Source: Candidatus Kaiserbacteria bacterium RIFCSPHIGHO2_02_FULL_55_25 (GTDB lineage Bacteria; Patescibacteriota; Minisyncoccia; Phycocordibacterales; UBA2100). From it: a stretch of 52,679 nt of DNA. This document shows positions 1 to 10,056 of the stretch, in pieces. Position 1 is the stretch's first letter; every line of letters starts with the position of its first letter. A program made the position numbers and the translations under genes. The notes under the pieces were generated by a model, which was given only the letters and a program-made list of their open reading frames with translations, did not search any database and was not told the DNA's origin. Location of the stretch: contig MFLL01000010.1 of assembly GCA_001781335.1 (NCBI GenBank), positions 1 to 52,679 of the forward strand, written 5' to 3'.

Positions 1-2
1 TC

Positions 3-1283
3 ACCATTGACGAATATCAGGATACGAATAAGTCGCAGTATGAAATCGCCCTCATTCTCGCGGGAGAGAAGAAAAATATTTGCGTCGTCGGCGACACCGA
101 CCAAAATATATATTCATGGCGCGGGGCTGACATCGAGCACCTGCTCGGATTCGAGACGTCGTTCCCCGGCACACGTGTCATCGTACTCGAACAGAACTAC
201 CGCTCGACGCGCACCATCCTCGCCGCCGCGAATTCGGTCATCGAGAAAAATCTCCGCCGCAAGCCGAAACATCTTTTCACCGACAATCCGACGGGCGAGC
301 CTATCGCACTCTATCCGGCACAGAATGAAATCGACGAGGCGTGGTTCGTCGCGCAAATCACACAGGAAGCAATAGGGCGGGGAGTGAACGCCGGCGAAAT
401 TGCCGTCCTCTACCGCGAAAATTTCCAATCGCGCGCGCTTGAGGAGGCGATGCTGCATTTCGGAATACCGTACCGCGTGCTCGGTACGAAATTTTTCGAG
501 CGCAAAGAAGTCAAAGACGTGCTCAGTTACCTACGCGCCGCGATGAACCCCAAGAGCGGCAACGATATCTCGCGCACGGTCGCCGTGCCGCCGCGCGGCA
601 TCGGCAAGGTGACCGTCGAGAAAATGTTGCGCGGGGAAGATGCGTCTCTTCCTGCCGCGACCCGCGCAAAAGTCACCGCATTCCGCGACACACTCGCACG
701 CATCAAGCACGCAATCGACACGTTGCCGACGGCGGAGGCCGTGCGGTATGCGGTGGAAACGAGCGGAATGGAAAAGATGTACGAAACGAAACGCTCGGCG
801 AAGTCCGACGACGAGGCGCAGGAGCGGCTCGAAAACATCCGCGAGCTGGTGAACCTTGCGACCAAATACGACCATGAACTTCCTCCGGGCGGCATCGAGC
901 GGCTCCTCGAAGAAGCCGCACTTCAGAGCGATCAGGACGAATTGCCCGAAGAAAAGAGCGCCGTCTCACTCATGACCGTACATGCATCCAAAGGATTGGA
1001 ATTCGATGCGGTTTTCGTTACGGGTCTTGAACAGGGGCTTTTTCCGTCGTTGCGCGAGGGAGAGAGCACGGACCGCGACCCCGAGGAGGAGCGCCGGCTC
1101 CTGTACGTGGCGCTGACGCGCGCACGCAAACAACTGTTTCTCACCTACGCCTCCGCCCGCATGAAATACGGCTCCCGCGAGTACACGCTACCCTCGGAAT
1201 TTCTCGACGACATAGACCAGCGCCTCCTCACAACGATTAACCTTTCGGGCGGCACGGAGAAAGAGGAGGAAATTCAGATATGA
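3..1283 (+). CDS. pcrA: ATP-dependent DNA helicase PcrA/UvrD family (5'-truncated by window edge)
   Basis: Frame 3 is open from base 3 and continuous with ORF 384..1283. SF1 motifs: IDEYQDTN, VGDTDQNIYSWRGA, LEQNYRST, MTVHASKGLEFDAVF, EERRLLYVALTRA. Confidence 0.93.
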   Translation, partial: TIDEYQDTNKSQYEIALILAGEKKNICVVGDTDQNIYSWRGADIEHLLGFETSFPGTRVIVLEQNYRSTRTILAAANSVIEKNLRRKPKHLFTDNPTGEPIALYPAQNEIDEAWFVAQITQEAIGRGVNAGEIAVLYRENFQSRALEEAMLHFGIPYRVLGTKFFERKEVKDVLSYLRAAMNPKSGNDISRTVAVPPRGIGKVTVEKMLRGEDASLPAATRAKVTAFRDTLARIKHAIDTLPTAEAVRYAVETSGMEKMYETKRSAKSDDEAQERLENIRELVNLATKYDHELPPGGIERLLEEAALQSDQDELPEEKSAVSLMTVHASKGLEFDAVFVTGLEQGLFPSLREGESTDRDPEEERRLLYVALTRARKQLFLTYASARMKYGSREYTLPSEFLDDIDQRLLTTINLSGGTEKEEEIQI

Positions 1284-2074
1284 CGAGACGCGGGGCAAGA
1301 CTCGGACAGCATTTCCTCAAGCACGGTTGGGCCGCGCGTTCACTTGCACACGCCGCCGGTATTCGCAGTGGAGAAACGTTTCTTGAAATCGGGCCGGGCA
1401 AAGGAATTCTGACCAAGGAACTGCTCGCACTCGCACCCGTCGTCGCGATAGAGAAAGACGAGGCACTCGTTGAGCAGTTGAGAGTCATGTTTGCCGAAGA
1501 CATCGCCACCGGCAGATTGCGGCTTGTTACCGGCGACGTGCGCGACGTGACGCCGGAGAGTCTCGGACTTCCAACGTACGTACTCGCCGCAAACATTCCG
1601 TACTACATAACAGGGGAGATAATCCGCCAATTTCTCACCGCGAGCGTGCAGCCGCGTGCGATGGCACTCTTGGTGCAAAAAGAGGTGGCTCAACGCATAG
1701 TGAGCGGCAAAGAAAGTATTCTTTCGCTCTCGGTAAAAGCGTACGGCACGCCGCGGTTGGTGGAAAAAGTATCGCGCACTCACTTTTCTCCGCCACCCTC
1801 CGTTGATTCCGCGATACTTGCCGTCACTGACATCTCAAAGAAGTTCTTTGACACCATATCGGAAGAAAACTTTTTCCGAGTCGTTCGTGCCGGGTTCGCA
1901 TCGAAACGCAAAATGCTCGCCAACAACCTCGCCGTTATTTTTGACAAGGTACGCGTCGGGGAAGCGTTGCGCTCATGCGATATTCCGGAAAAGGCACGCG
2001 CGGAGGATGTGTCGCTGGAGAAGTGGAAGAGACTCACGCTTCAGCTCACTCCTACAAACTCGTTCCTAACATAG
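1280..2074 (+). CDS. rsmA: 16S rRNA m6,2A dimethyltransferase RsmA/KsgA
   Basis: LGQHFL, EIGPGKGILT, ANIPYYIT, VQKEVAQR, FSPPPSVDSA, GFASKRKML, RAEDVS motifs. Confidence 0.95.
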   Translation: MTRRGARLGQHFLKHGWAARSLAHAAGIRSGETFLEIGPGKGILTKELLALAPVVAIEKDEALVEQLRVMFAEDIATGRLRLVTGDVRDVTPESLGLPTYVLAANIPYYITGEIIRQFLTASVQPRAMALLVQKEVAQRIVSGKESILSLSVKAYGTPRLVEKVSRTHFSPPPSVDSAILAVTDISKKFFDTISEENFFRVVRAGFASKRKMLANNLAVIFDKVRVGEALRSCDIPEKARAEDVSLEKWKRLTLQLTPTNSFLT

Positions 2075-2366
2075 TAATCATGATTCCTGCGCGCACATCA
2101 ATCGGGAGAATTGAGATGATGCAATAGTAGGGTGCTCCCGCGAGACCGAGAAGCCACTGGCCGGCATGCGTCGGCGGGCCGTTCTTGTAGGTTTTCGTGG
2201 ACGGCGTCCATATGTACACGCCGCCGCGCGGCGGACCGACGTAGGCGATGATGGCGTTGTTGTAACAGGGCGAGACCTGCGACGCCTGCCCGCCGAAAGG
2301 AAAGGCGAGTGCGAGTGCGGGAAAGAGGAGAGTCACTATTGCGACTGCAGTAGCCGGAGCGCGCAT
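2052..2366 (-). CDS. Small secreted Cys-containing hypothetical protein
   Basis: Signal peptide ending ALA-FPFGG; TATACT lies 7 nt upstream of the ATG on the minus strand. Confidence 0.7.
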   Translation of the reverse strand: MRAPATAVAIVTLLFPALALAFPFGGQASQVSPCYNNAIIAYVGPPRGGVYIWTPSTKTYKNGPPTHAGQWLLGLAGAPYYCIISILPIDVRAGIMITMLGTSL

Positions 2367-2408
2367 GCACTACAGTATACGGCATCAGAGGTGGCCCGTG
2401 CGCTATAG

Positions 2409-2481
2409 TCGCTCCGCTCGTTTAGCCGTCGCTCTCTCGGACAAGGGAACAAGTTCCCTTGTCCCTCGGTTCGCTAGGCTA
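2409..2481. repeat. Intergenic palindrome / REP-like element
   Basis: Perfect 12-bp inverted repeat GGACAAGGGAAC-aa-GTTCCCTTGTCC (2439-2464). TCGCTCCGCTC (2409-2419) is the reverse complement of 49115-49125. Confidence 0.55.
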
Positions 2482-2495
2482 TACTTCTTCTATAT

Positions 2496-3380
2496 ATGGA
2501 ATGGGCGCACGAACATCCGTATCTGTCGGCCCTGATTGCAGCGGGTGCATTCCTCGTGTTCGGCGTACTCGTGGTGGGATACCGCGCAGCACAACCGCAG
2601 GGCGGCAGCCTGCAGGTGTGGGGAGGCGGACCAAACGCGCTTTTAAATCCGACATCATATGAACCCGGAGCTACGGTGGGCATACAAACGGATATCATCG
2701 GTGGCGGGAACGCACCGGTATTCAGCGTATTGCGACCGCAACAGCAAATCGAAGCGCAAAATGAGGCGGGCGGGGGATTTGATATTTCTCTGTTCATCGC
2801 GGGACTTTCTCAACCGAGCACGGATACCGCGACGACGCCTGTTTCGAGCCAGCCGGATTTGAGTCTCGCATATTCTTTCATTCCCAGCGGGCTTGTCGCG
2901 ACGACGACACCCGGACCGAAGCGAGGTGTACTGCAGGAATCGCTCTATCAGTACGGCAACGACGTGGGGTCGTACATATCCACGTACGAGAGCGCGAGCG
3001 TAAATACCGGACAGGTGCTCACGGACCAAGTGCACGACCGGCGGAACGCGCAAAAAGCGCAGGCGGTACGCAATATAGGGACGGCACTGCAAACGGCCGG
3101 AAAGAATCTACAGGGAATCGAAGCCGTCCCCTCGATAGTGTCTTCGGCGCACGTAGCGCTCGCGGAGAGTTACATAGAAGCCGGTATCAGTCTCTCCAAA
3201 GTGCCCGACGCACAGAGCGACGGGGACTTCATCGCCGCGATACAGGACTACAATACCGCCGCCGAACAGCTCGGGCGCAATTATGTCGCGCTCGCGAACG
3301 TGTTTGCGGGTACGGGCGTGAGATTCTCGCCGCAGGACCCGGGGTCGGTGTTTATTTTCTCGGGGGGCAGTGGACTCTAG
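2496..3380 (+). CDS. Membrane-anchored hypothetical protein (T4SS-like locus)
   Basis: 294 aa, N-terminal TM helix, helical C-terminal region, co-oriented with the downstream locus. Confidence 0.8.
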   Translation: MEWAHEHPYLSALIAAGAFLVFGVLVVGYRAAQPQGGSLQVWGGGPNALLNPTSYEPGATVGIQTDIIGGGNAPVFSVLRPQQQIEAQNEAGGGFDISLFIAGLSQPSTDTATTPVSSQPDLSLAYSFIPSGLVATTTPGPKRGVLQESLYQYGNDVGSYISTYESASVNTGQVLTDQVHDRRNAQKAQAVRNIGTALQTAGKNLQGIEAVPSIVSSAHVALAESYIEAGISLSKVPDAQSDGDFIAAIQDYNTAAEQLGRNYVALANVFAGTGVRFSPQDPGSVFIFSGGSGL

Positions 3381-3446
3381 AGTGTTTTCCCGCCCCGTGT
3401 GGGCAAAGACACGAAAACGCCTTATCTCACGGGGTATACTTGTAGT

Positions 3447-4268
3447 GTGCGCGTACTGCAACAAATATTCCGGTCTCCGCTGGGGGTGACTGCCGCACTT
3501 TCCGTGGCGCTCCTGCTCGGCGTCTCGGTCTCCCAGATTTCCTCACTTATGCAACAAAACCAACAGGTGCTCGCATTTGTCGCCACGCCGGCGGCACAAA
3601 CAGCTACGGCTGAAGGCGCCGACTGGCAACAGGAAATGACCCTACTCGGACTGAATACCGAAAATAATCCGGCTGCGACTTCAACCGCCGACAGTATCGC
3701 GATGATTGGCCAGATAGTCATCGCCGAAATGGTGGGACAGTACGCGGGCATGCAGGATAGGGGGTCGTATACCGCAGAGACCGTGCAAAACGCATCCGCA
3801 AACATCGCCGCGAATCTCCGCGCGAATATTTTGTACAAAACATACTCGACGACCGACTTCAAAACAGACACGGATATTTCCTACGACCGCATGCTTACGT
3901 ACCGGAGTGACTTGCGTGCGGCACTCGCGCCGCTTTTGCAAAATACCGGCTCCGAATTGGAACTGTACGGCAAATATATTGAAACGGCCGACGCCAACTA
4001 TCTCGGCCAACTCTCCGCGGCCGCCGGCAATTATCGCGCGGCGGCGGAGCAGGCCGCGGCGCTCACCATCCCGCGCGATGCGGTAAATTATCACAAAGAC
4101 ATTTTGAACGCGATGGAACAATTCTCCGCGACGCTCGACAAAATGGCGACGCACGCCACCGACCCGCTCGCCTCCGCCGCGCTCTTGCGTACGTTCAACC
4201 AAGCCGAGACAACTATGTACACTTCGTTCAACGCGCTCTCGCGCTACTACTCGCAGAAAACGCCATGA
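3447..4268 (+). CDS. Membrane-anchored hypothetical protein (T4SS-like locus)
   Basis: Probable GTG start at 3447, 6 nt after TATACT (3435-3440); N-terminal TM helix; stop overlaps the next ATG (ATGA). Confidence 0.8.
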   Translation: MRVLQQIFRSPLGVTAALSVALLLGVSVSQISSLMQQNQQVLAFVATPAAQTATAEGADWQQEMTLLGLNTENNPAATSTADSIAMIGQIVIAEMVGQYAGMQDRGSYTAETVQNASANIAANLRANILYKTYSTTDFKTDTDISYDRMLTYRSDLRAALAPLLQNTGSELELYGKYIETADANYLGQLSAAAGNYRAAAEQAAALTIPRDAVNYHKDILNAMEQFSATLDKMATHATDPLASAALLRTFNQAETTMYTSFNALSRYYSQKTP

Positions 4269-5905
4269 GAATTCACAGCGGCATACTCATAGCACTGTTT
4301 GTCCTCGCACCTGCGCTCGCGTTTGCGCAATCCGACAGTCCCCCTTCATTTTCCCGGGAAGGAGTGTTCGGTTGCAGTCAGACCGGCTCATATTCCATGT
4401 CGGTCGGCGCGCTCTCGGCGGTGGGCGGGGCGTTCGTGCCGGTCAACGACGCCGCGGTGACGCTCAATACCGGCTATCTCGTCTACAAAGAGTGCGTCCT
4501 GCGCGGCATCGTGGACAGAATGCGCGAAAACGCGACCGCAAACCTCCAGCGCCAAATCCTCGTCGCCTACCAGCGCGGCCGCAACGGCCAGCCGCTCTTT
4601 TCGCAGAGTATTCCGCTCGAATCGCGTGCCGTTAGCGACAAAGCCGTTCTCGACTACACTCAGAGCGGTCAGTTCAACGGTCTCAACCCCGCACTCCGGC
4701 AGGCGGTTTCGCGCGCAGTAGTGCAAAACTATATGGCCGCGCGCAACAAACCCAACGCGGCGTACGGCTGTTCGTACGCGGGGAACCTCAACTCGGTCTA
4801 CAGCGGCAATCCCGACGGCGGCGCGTGGGCGGGACTCTCCGCTCTGCAAAATCCGGCGTGTGACCCGATATTTGCATACAACATTGCGAACGAGCAGGTT
4901 CTCGGCTCTGCCGCATACGCGGTGAACAACATGCTCACGCGCCTTGAGTGGGACAACGGCAATTACCCTGTGATGGGCACCGATGCCGACGGCAACCCCA
5001 TCGTGCTCACCCCCGGCTCTATCGTCGGCGCGAACGCTCTGCAGGCACTACAAACCGGATTCGACCAGCTCGCGCGCGCCAACGATATCGACCAGATGGT
5101 GGGCGCGCTGTTCGCCGGCATCACGTCGCAGGTCATCGGAGACAACAAGGGTCTTGTCGGACTCACCAAGCCGACCGGCGGCATCCCGAGCTACCTCGAT
5201 CAGGTGGTGTCGCAGTCCGCGCAGGGGCTCCGCAACAGCGCCATCAATGCGGGCATCGGCATACTCGTGGCACAGCAAAAAATCGAAAATCAGATACTCG
5301 GTTTTGCAAAAATGATTCTCGACAAAATCACGGCAATCGCGCGAGCGCTCCAGACGAAAGAAAACGCCTGCTGGGCGCTTGTCGTCAGCAGTGTCTGCAC
5401 GTCTTCGCTCGCCGCCGACAACACGTGCACGGACGACACCGGTAGCAAGTACAAAGTAGCGACATCAACCTTCCAGTTCACGCAGAAGGCGCTGGATGCC
5501 TCGCAAGTCGCCGCCTACCAGCGGGTACATCAGCAGGTCGCGAGCTCCTCGCAAATCATTCTTACGCAAATCGGCGTGCTCATCGCCCAACTCACCGACA
5601 CATCTTCGTACACCGCCCAGCTCGCCGCGCTTCAGGCGCTCGACAGGCTCGCAGGGAGGCTCGCGAACGACGGCATCGTGTTCCACACGCCGCAGGATGT
5701 GACCAACGAGCAGAGCGCGGCCGGTACGCTTGTGGGGCAAAACGGCGGCTCGGGCACGCTCGACCAGCTCGTCACCGACACCGTGGCGGCGTGGGCGGAT
5801 TCGACCGTCACCAAGACCGGTTGGTGCAATGTCACCAGAGCGCCGGTCGTGGATGCGTGGAAAGACTGCTGGAGACAGGGAAGCACCTCATGCCTATGGC
5901 CGTAA
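4265..5905 (+). CDS. Secreted Cys-containing protein of the T4SS-like locus
   Basis: Signal peptide (ALAFA-Q), 546 aa, several Cys pairs, directly upstream of the VirB6-like gene. Confidence 0.8.
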   Translation: MRIHSGILIALFVLAPALAFAQSDSPPSFSREGVFGCSQTGSYSMSVGALSAVGGAFVPVNDAAVTLNTGYLVYKECVLRGIVDRMRENATANLQRQILVAYQRGRNGQPLFSQSIPLESRAVSDKAVLDYTQSGQFNGLNPALRQAVSRAVVQNYMAARNKPNAAYGCSYAGNLNSVYSGNPDGGAWAGLSALQNPACDPIFAYNIANEQVLGSAAYAVNNMLTRLEWDNGNYPVMGTDADGNPIVLTPGSIVGANALQALQTGFDQLARANDIDQMVGALFAGITSQVIGDNKGLVGLTKPTGGIPSYLDQVVSQSAQGLRNSAINAGIGILVAQQKIENQILGFAKMILDKITAIARALQTKENACWALVVSSVCTSSLAADNTCTDDTGSKYKVATSTFQFTQKALDASQVAAYQRVHQQVASSSQIILTQIGVLIAQLTDTSSYTAQLAALQALDRLAGRLANDGIVFHTPQDVTNEQSAAGTLVGQNGGSGTLDQLVTDTVAAWADSTVTKTGWCNVTRAPVVDAWKDCWRQGSTSCLWP

Positions 5906-5907
5906 CT

Positions 5908-8370
5908 ATGATCAAGACCTCCTTCTCGGCATCAAGTCTCGTGTTCCTCTTAGTCACCTTGGCGACTCTCATACCTACGCCCGCAGATGCTCTAACTCAA
6001 ATGAGTTGCGACCCTCCGATGACCTTGCAGCGAGTGCAAGGAAGCATGTGGGTAGGATATTCGTGGACATGGCAATGTGTAGACACCAACTCCGGACAGA
6101 CTGCCGCCGCAAAGGAAAAAGAGGTGTCGACGTGCGATCCGGGCTTTCGTCAGGAGAGAGGAACGATGCAAGGGGAACTTTCAGAGGGCAATCTTTGTGT
6201 TCCAGAATCAACCCCCCAGAGTACTGACGCGAAAGCAGTTTACACGGGACCTACTAGTTGCTCTGCAACGTGGGACAAAATGACAAACCCCGGAACCTGT
6301 CTATTCCGCGCGGCAATGGCCGGGCTCGGTTCAGTGCTCATTACGCTCACCGCTTGGCTATTGAAAGTTGTTGGCCTTCTTTTTAACTACCTGTTGTGGT
6401 ACACCGTTATCGCCTTTGGCGACTCAACCAACGGCTTTTTGACTAAAGACATCCTCACGGGGATCAACACCACTTGGACCGTCTTCAGGGACATCGCAAA
6501 TATTCTCATCATCGGCCTCTTTACCTTTATCGCCATCTCTACCATTCTCGGCAATCACGAATTCGGTGCCAAGAAGATGCTTGCGAAAGCGCTTATCATT
6601 GCAGTCCTCATCAACTTCAGCCTCCTTTTCACCAAGATGATAATCGATGTTTCCAACTTCACCGCCTATCAGTTTTATGCGGCCGCCGGCGGTACTATCG
6701 GCGTAACTAAGCCTGCAGACAGCGGAGGAACACTTTCATTCAAACAGGACGGTATAGGTGGGACGTTTATCAAATTTCTTGGAGTTACAAGCATAAGCGA
6801 TACGTTTGATAAACTTAAAAGCGGCGCGGATGCACAAGACAGCGGCTGGATTACTCTTCTGCACGGGCTTTTTGGAGCAACGATGCTACTTGCTACAGCG
6901 CTTGTCTTTCTTTACGGCAGTTTTTTGCTCGTGAGCCGCGCGATACTTATTGTCTTTCTGCTCATCACGTCGTCGCTCGCATTCGCGGCGTACCTTCTGC
7001 CGAAAAGTATTCAGGGCTCATACGGATGGAGCACGTGGTGGAACTCGCTGGTGAAAACCGCAGTGTTCGCACCGCTTCTCATGATGTTTCTTTGGGCTAC
7101 CATAAATCTTGCAACGAAATTGAACCCGGGCGGCAAAGGAACATTAGGGGCACTCATGACCGACCCGACCAACGGAGGAAATCTTAGCGCACTCTTCGGC
7201 TACATCATTATTCTCGGACTTCTTTTCGCCTCATTCCAAATCTCGAGCAGTTTTTCCTCAAAAATCGCGGGCTTCAATCTGGCCGCGCTCATACCCGCGA
7301 TTGGTCTCGGAGCAGTTGCGGGAATCGGTGGATTCCTTGGCCGGCAAGCAATCGGCCGACCCGCTATGGCTATTGGCGAAAGGCTTCAGAATCGATCGGG
7401 AGCAACAAGCAATGCATTTGCCAAGCGCATGTATGATCTTGGTGCGCAGGGCTTTAAGTCGGTTTCCAAGCGGGACTTTAACGCCATGCGAACCGGCTTG
7501 GGCACTGCGGTAGCGGGCACGGCAGGAAAGAAGGTGGATGAGCTGGTGGGCAAGGCCGTCGGAGGCTTCGAAGGCTCGCAAAAGGCGTTCTTGAAGCGCA
7601 CGGCAGAGATGGCGCGTCGCACGAAACCCGACGACGAGACAAAAGAAAAGGGGCAGCAGGACGCGAGAGACAAGGTCACTAGAACAGATATTGATCAGGC
7701 TTACAAGGCCGCTATGGCAGAAAACGAACACCGCGATCGCGCTGCCGAGCATGAGGACGTTAAAGAGGCTCTCCAGCAATACAAGGAAACTAGCGAGCAG
7801 GCGATTAACGAAATGCGGAAGGGTGTTTCCGAAGCGTTTGAACGAACGCAGAGAAGCCCCGGCGACCAAGCAGCTCAAGCCGATCTTCAGCGGATGAAGC
7901 AGCGAGTGCAGACGGCAGAAGCTGAGCAAGAGCGCCAAATTACAGAACAATCGGAGCACATACGAGGTGCGCAGAAATTGGTCGCGAAAGCCGCTCGCAA
8001 AATAGAGGGCGTCGACAAAGATCTTAATGAGGTCGCCAAAGACGCCGGATACAATCGGTGGGCGTTCCAAACTGCGGGCGATAGGGCGAAAGATCTGGCA
8101 GGAGGATTTTCGGCACTTCTCTACGCAAGCGGAGTCAGCAAGAAAAGTAGAGAAAAGCTGGCGGCAAAAGCGGCGAAAGAGGCCGGGAAGCAAGAGCGTC
8201 AGCAGAATTTCAAAGAAAAGTACGGGGACGCACTTAAAGAGATGATGAAAGAGGACGAACATGCAAAAGAAACGCCGAGAGCGGCGGCACCGGCGGCTCG
8301 CGCCGAGCCGGCTCGTAGTGACCACCCTGCAGAACCGTCAGGCGGTGGAGATCACGGAGAACGTCATTAG
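5908..8370 (+). CDS. VirB6/TrbL-like polytopic membrane protein with coiled-coil tail
   Basis: Multiple TM segments with WTVFRDIANI...LINFSLLFTKMIIDVSN, long charged helical C-terminus. Start uncertain (5890, 5896 or 5908). Confidence 0.7.
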   Translation: MIKTSFSASSLVFLLVTLATLIPTPADALTQMSCDPPMTLQRVQGSMWVGYSWTWQCVDTNSGQTAAAKEKEVSTCDPGFRQERGTMQGELSEGNLCVPESTPQSTDAKAVYTGPTSCSATWDKMTNPGTCLFRAAMAGLGSVLITLTAWLLKVVGLLFNYLLWYTVIAFGDSTNGFLTKDILTGINTTWTVFRDIANILIIGLFTFIAISTILGNHEFGAKKMLAKALIIAVLINFSLLFTKMIIDVSNFTAYQFYAAAGGTIGVTKPADSGGTLSFKQDGIGGTFIKFLGVTSISDTFDKLKSGADAQDSGWITLLHGLFGATMLLATALVFLYGSFLLVSRAILIVFLLITSSLAFAAYLLPKSIQGSYGWSTWWNSLVKTAVFAPLLMMFLWATINLATKLNPGGKGTLGALMTDPTNGGNLSALFGYIIILGLLFASFQISSSFSSKIAGFNLAALIPAIGLGAVAGIGGFLGRQAIGRPAMAIGERLQNRSGATSNAFAKRMYDLGAQGFKSVSKRDFNAMRTGLGTAVAGTAGKKVDELVGKAVGGFEGSQKAFLKRTAEMARRTKPDDETKEKGQQDARDKVTRTDIDQAYKAAMAENEHRDRAAEHEDVKEALQQYKETSEQAINEMRKGVSEAFERTQRSPGDQAAQADLQRMKQRVQTAEAEQERQITEQSEHIRGAQKLVAKAARKIEGVDKDLNEVAKDAGYNRWAFQTAGDRAKDLAGGFSALLYASGVSKKSREKLAAKAAKEAGKQERQQNFKEKYGDALKEMMKEDEHAKETPRAAAPAARAEPARSDHPAEPSGGGDHGERH

Positions 8371-8386
8371 TCGGTAGATACATTAT

Positions 8387-8983
8387 ATGAGCGACGACAA
8401 AGAATTTGACGACTTGATAAAAGAGCGATTCAAAGAATTGCCCCGCGTTGTGCAGGAGGCCATTGTCTCCGCTGACGTCGAGAAACATTTGCGAGAGTTG
8501 GCAGAAACAAACAAACTACATCTCGACCAATGGACGTCGCTTGAGGACGTGGTGCAAATGACCCTGCTGGGACTTGAGGACTCCGGCGAGCTCATGCAGA
8601 ACATTCGAGATAGGGTTCACGTACCAGAGGAGACGGCACAAACTCTAGCCAAGAGCGTCTCCGAGATCGTCTTCGAGCCCATCAGACAGGAGTTGGAGCG
8701 GCAACTTGAGCACCCCGATGCGGTCGCGAAGGCGACGAGCGGGGTAGAGGACATGCGCGCGAGCATCCTTGCCGACGCGTCAGAGCATTCCGCCCCTGCT
8801 CCCGCCGCCGTAGCTACGCCTGCAATTCCACCTACACCTGCTATTGCGCCCGCCACACCGCCCGCGCCGGCACCAACAGTGAAGGTGGAGCGCGCATCGT
8901 CGGCCCCGCCATCATACGTCTCCGGCCCAAGCCACGAGCGCAAAGCGATAGAAGGCGACCCGTACAGAGAGCAGCTCGACTAG
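8387..8983 (+). CDS. Hypothetical protein with Pro/Ala-rich linker
   Basis: 198 aa, acidic helical N-domain, PAP-rich linker, C-terminal DPYRE. Confidence 0.8.
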   Translation: MSDDKEFDDLIKERFKELPRVVQEAIVSADVEKHLRELAETNKLHLDQWTSLEDVVQMTLLGLEDSGELMQNIRDRVHVPEETAQTLAKSVSEIVFEPIRQELERQLEHPDAVAKATSGVEDMRASILADASEHSAPAPAAVATPAIPPTPAIAPATPPAPAPTVKVERASSAPPSYVSGPSHERKAIEGDPYREQLD

Positions 8984-8993
8984 TCGAGTTGCT

Positions 8994-9026
8994 CAGCTTC
9001 TAGGTTCTAGCGGCTAGGTTCTAGGT
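8994..9026 (+). repeat. Heptamer array (TAG period 7), left arm
   Basis: CAG 8994, TAG at 9001, 9008, 9015, 9022 (ctaggtt-ctagcgg-ctaggtt-ctagg). Confidence 0.85.
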
Positions 9027-9398
9027 ATGAATCCGGAAATCGAATCACACAAAGATCTGCTGGTTTGGCAAAAAGCAGTCACGCTCTCCATGGCAGTCTA
9101 TGCGATGACAGAAAAGTTTCCCGCGAGGGAAATGTACTCGCTTTCGTCGCAAATGCGTCGTGCGGTCGTATCCATACCTTCAAACATCGCGGAAGGGAAA
9201 GCGCGTCGCACGCGAGCCGACTATGTGCATTTTCTCCACATGGCATACGGTTCAGCATCCGAACTGGAAACCCAACTATTGATAGCGGCACGGCTCGGTT
9301 TCTGTTCCGAAAAAGTCTATGAAGAAACCAATTCACTGCTCGCAGAAGTGAGTAAGATGTTGCGTGCTATCATAAATAAACTAGCGACGGCTCGTTAG
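9027..9398 (+). CDS. Four-helix-bundle protein (23S rRNA IVS protein / Avd-like family)
   Basis: DLLVWQKA, FPAREMYSLSSQMRRAVVSIPSNIAEG, FLHMAYGSASELETQL are characteristic of the family. Confidence 0.93.
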   Translation: MNPEIESHKDLLVWQKAVTLSMAVYAMTEKFPAREMYSLSSQMRRAVVSIPSNIAEGKARRTRADYVHFLHMAYGSASELETQLLIAARLGFCSEKVYEETNSLLAEVSKMLRAIINKLATAR

Positions 9399-9412
9399 CT
9401 TGCTGTGTTCTG

Positions 9413-9448
9413 CCTAGAAGCTAGCCGCTAGTCCCTAGCACCTATACT
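9413..9448 (+). repeat. Heptamer array (CTA period 7), right arm, inverted relative to 8994-9026
   Basis: CTA at 9414, 9421, 9428, 9435, 9442; reverse complement matches the left arm at 23 of 26 positions. Confidence 0.85.
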
Positions 9449-9955
9449 ATGCAATTCCAAGTTCCTCAATTCATAGAGGTGGAAGACAAAATTTTCGGGC
9501 CACTGACCTTCAGGCAATTCGTTTTTATCGCCGGAGGCTTCGGAATGGCCTATGTGCTATGGAGAATGTTGCCCATCTACCTCGCGGCGCCACTCATCCT
9601 CGGGGTAGGAGCACTTGCGGCGGCGCTTGCATTCTTCCAGTTCAACGGGCGACCGTTTATCCTCGCGCTCGAGAACGGCTTTTACTACATAATCCGGTCA
9701 AAACTGTACCTGTGGAACAACGCCAACAAGAAGCGGGCCGCGGTGAAGACAGCCGCGACGACCGCGCAGAATGACGTATACATCCCGAAAATTTCCGACA
9801 GTAAACTGCACGAACTCGCGTGGAGCCTCGACATCAAAGAGCGCATAGCCGCCGGCACGGCAGGGGACGACGAGCGGGGCGGCGCGCTCACCGGTGTGCG
9901 CACGCCAAAAGAAATCCTTTCGCACATGGGCGGGCGGGTAGCCAACAGCCAGTAG
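9449..9955 (+). CDS. PrgI-family membrane protein (VirB3-like)
   Basis: MQFQVPQFIEVEDKIFGPLTFRQF followed by two TM helices and NGRPF; upstream of the VirB4-like ATPase. Confidence 0.85.
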   Translation: MQFQVPQFIEVEDKIFGPLTFRQFVFIAGGFGMAYVLWRMLPIYLAAPLILGVGALAAALAFFQFNGRPFILALENGFYYIIRSKLYLWNNANKKRAAVKTAATTAQNDVYIPKISDSKLHELAWSLDIKERIAAGTAGDDERGGALTGVRTPKEILSHMGGRVANSQ

Positions 9956-9960
9956 TCTTT

Positions 9961-10056
9961 AGAACGTAGTGCGTAGAAAACACAATGCAAACACAAGATA
10001 CAATTCAAGGCATCCTCGCTACGTACTACGTACTAACTACTACGAACTAATGTATG
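9961..10056 (+). repeat. 96-bp intergenic element, copy 1 (inverted heptamer arms plus core; mini-ORF 9985-10050)
   Basis: 86/96 identical to 10725-10820 by manual alignment; TAG period-7 left arm, CTA period-7 right arm. Confidence 0.9.

Noticed and set aside
7..375. 122-aa ORF as a separate gene or frameshifted helicase
   Set aside because: The helicase reads continuously in frame 3 from base 3; this ORF is an alternative frame.
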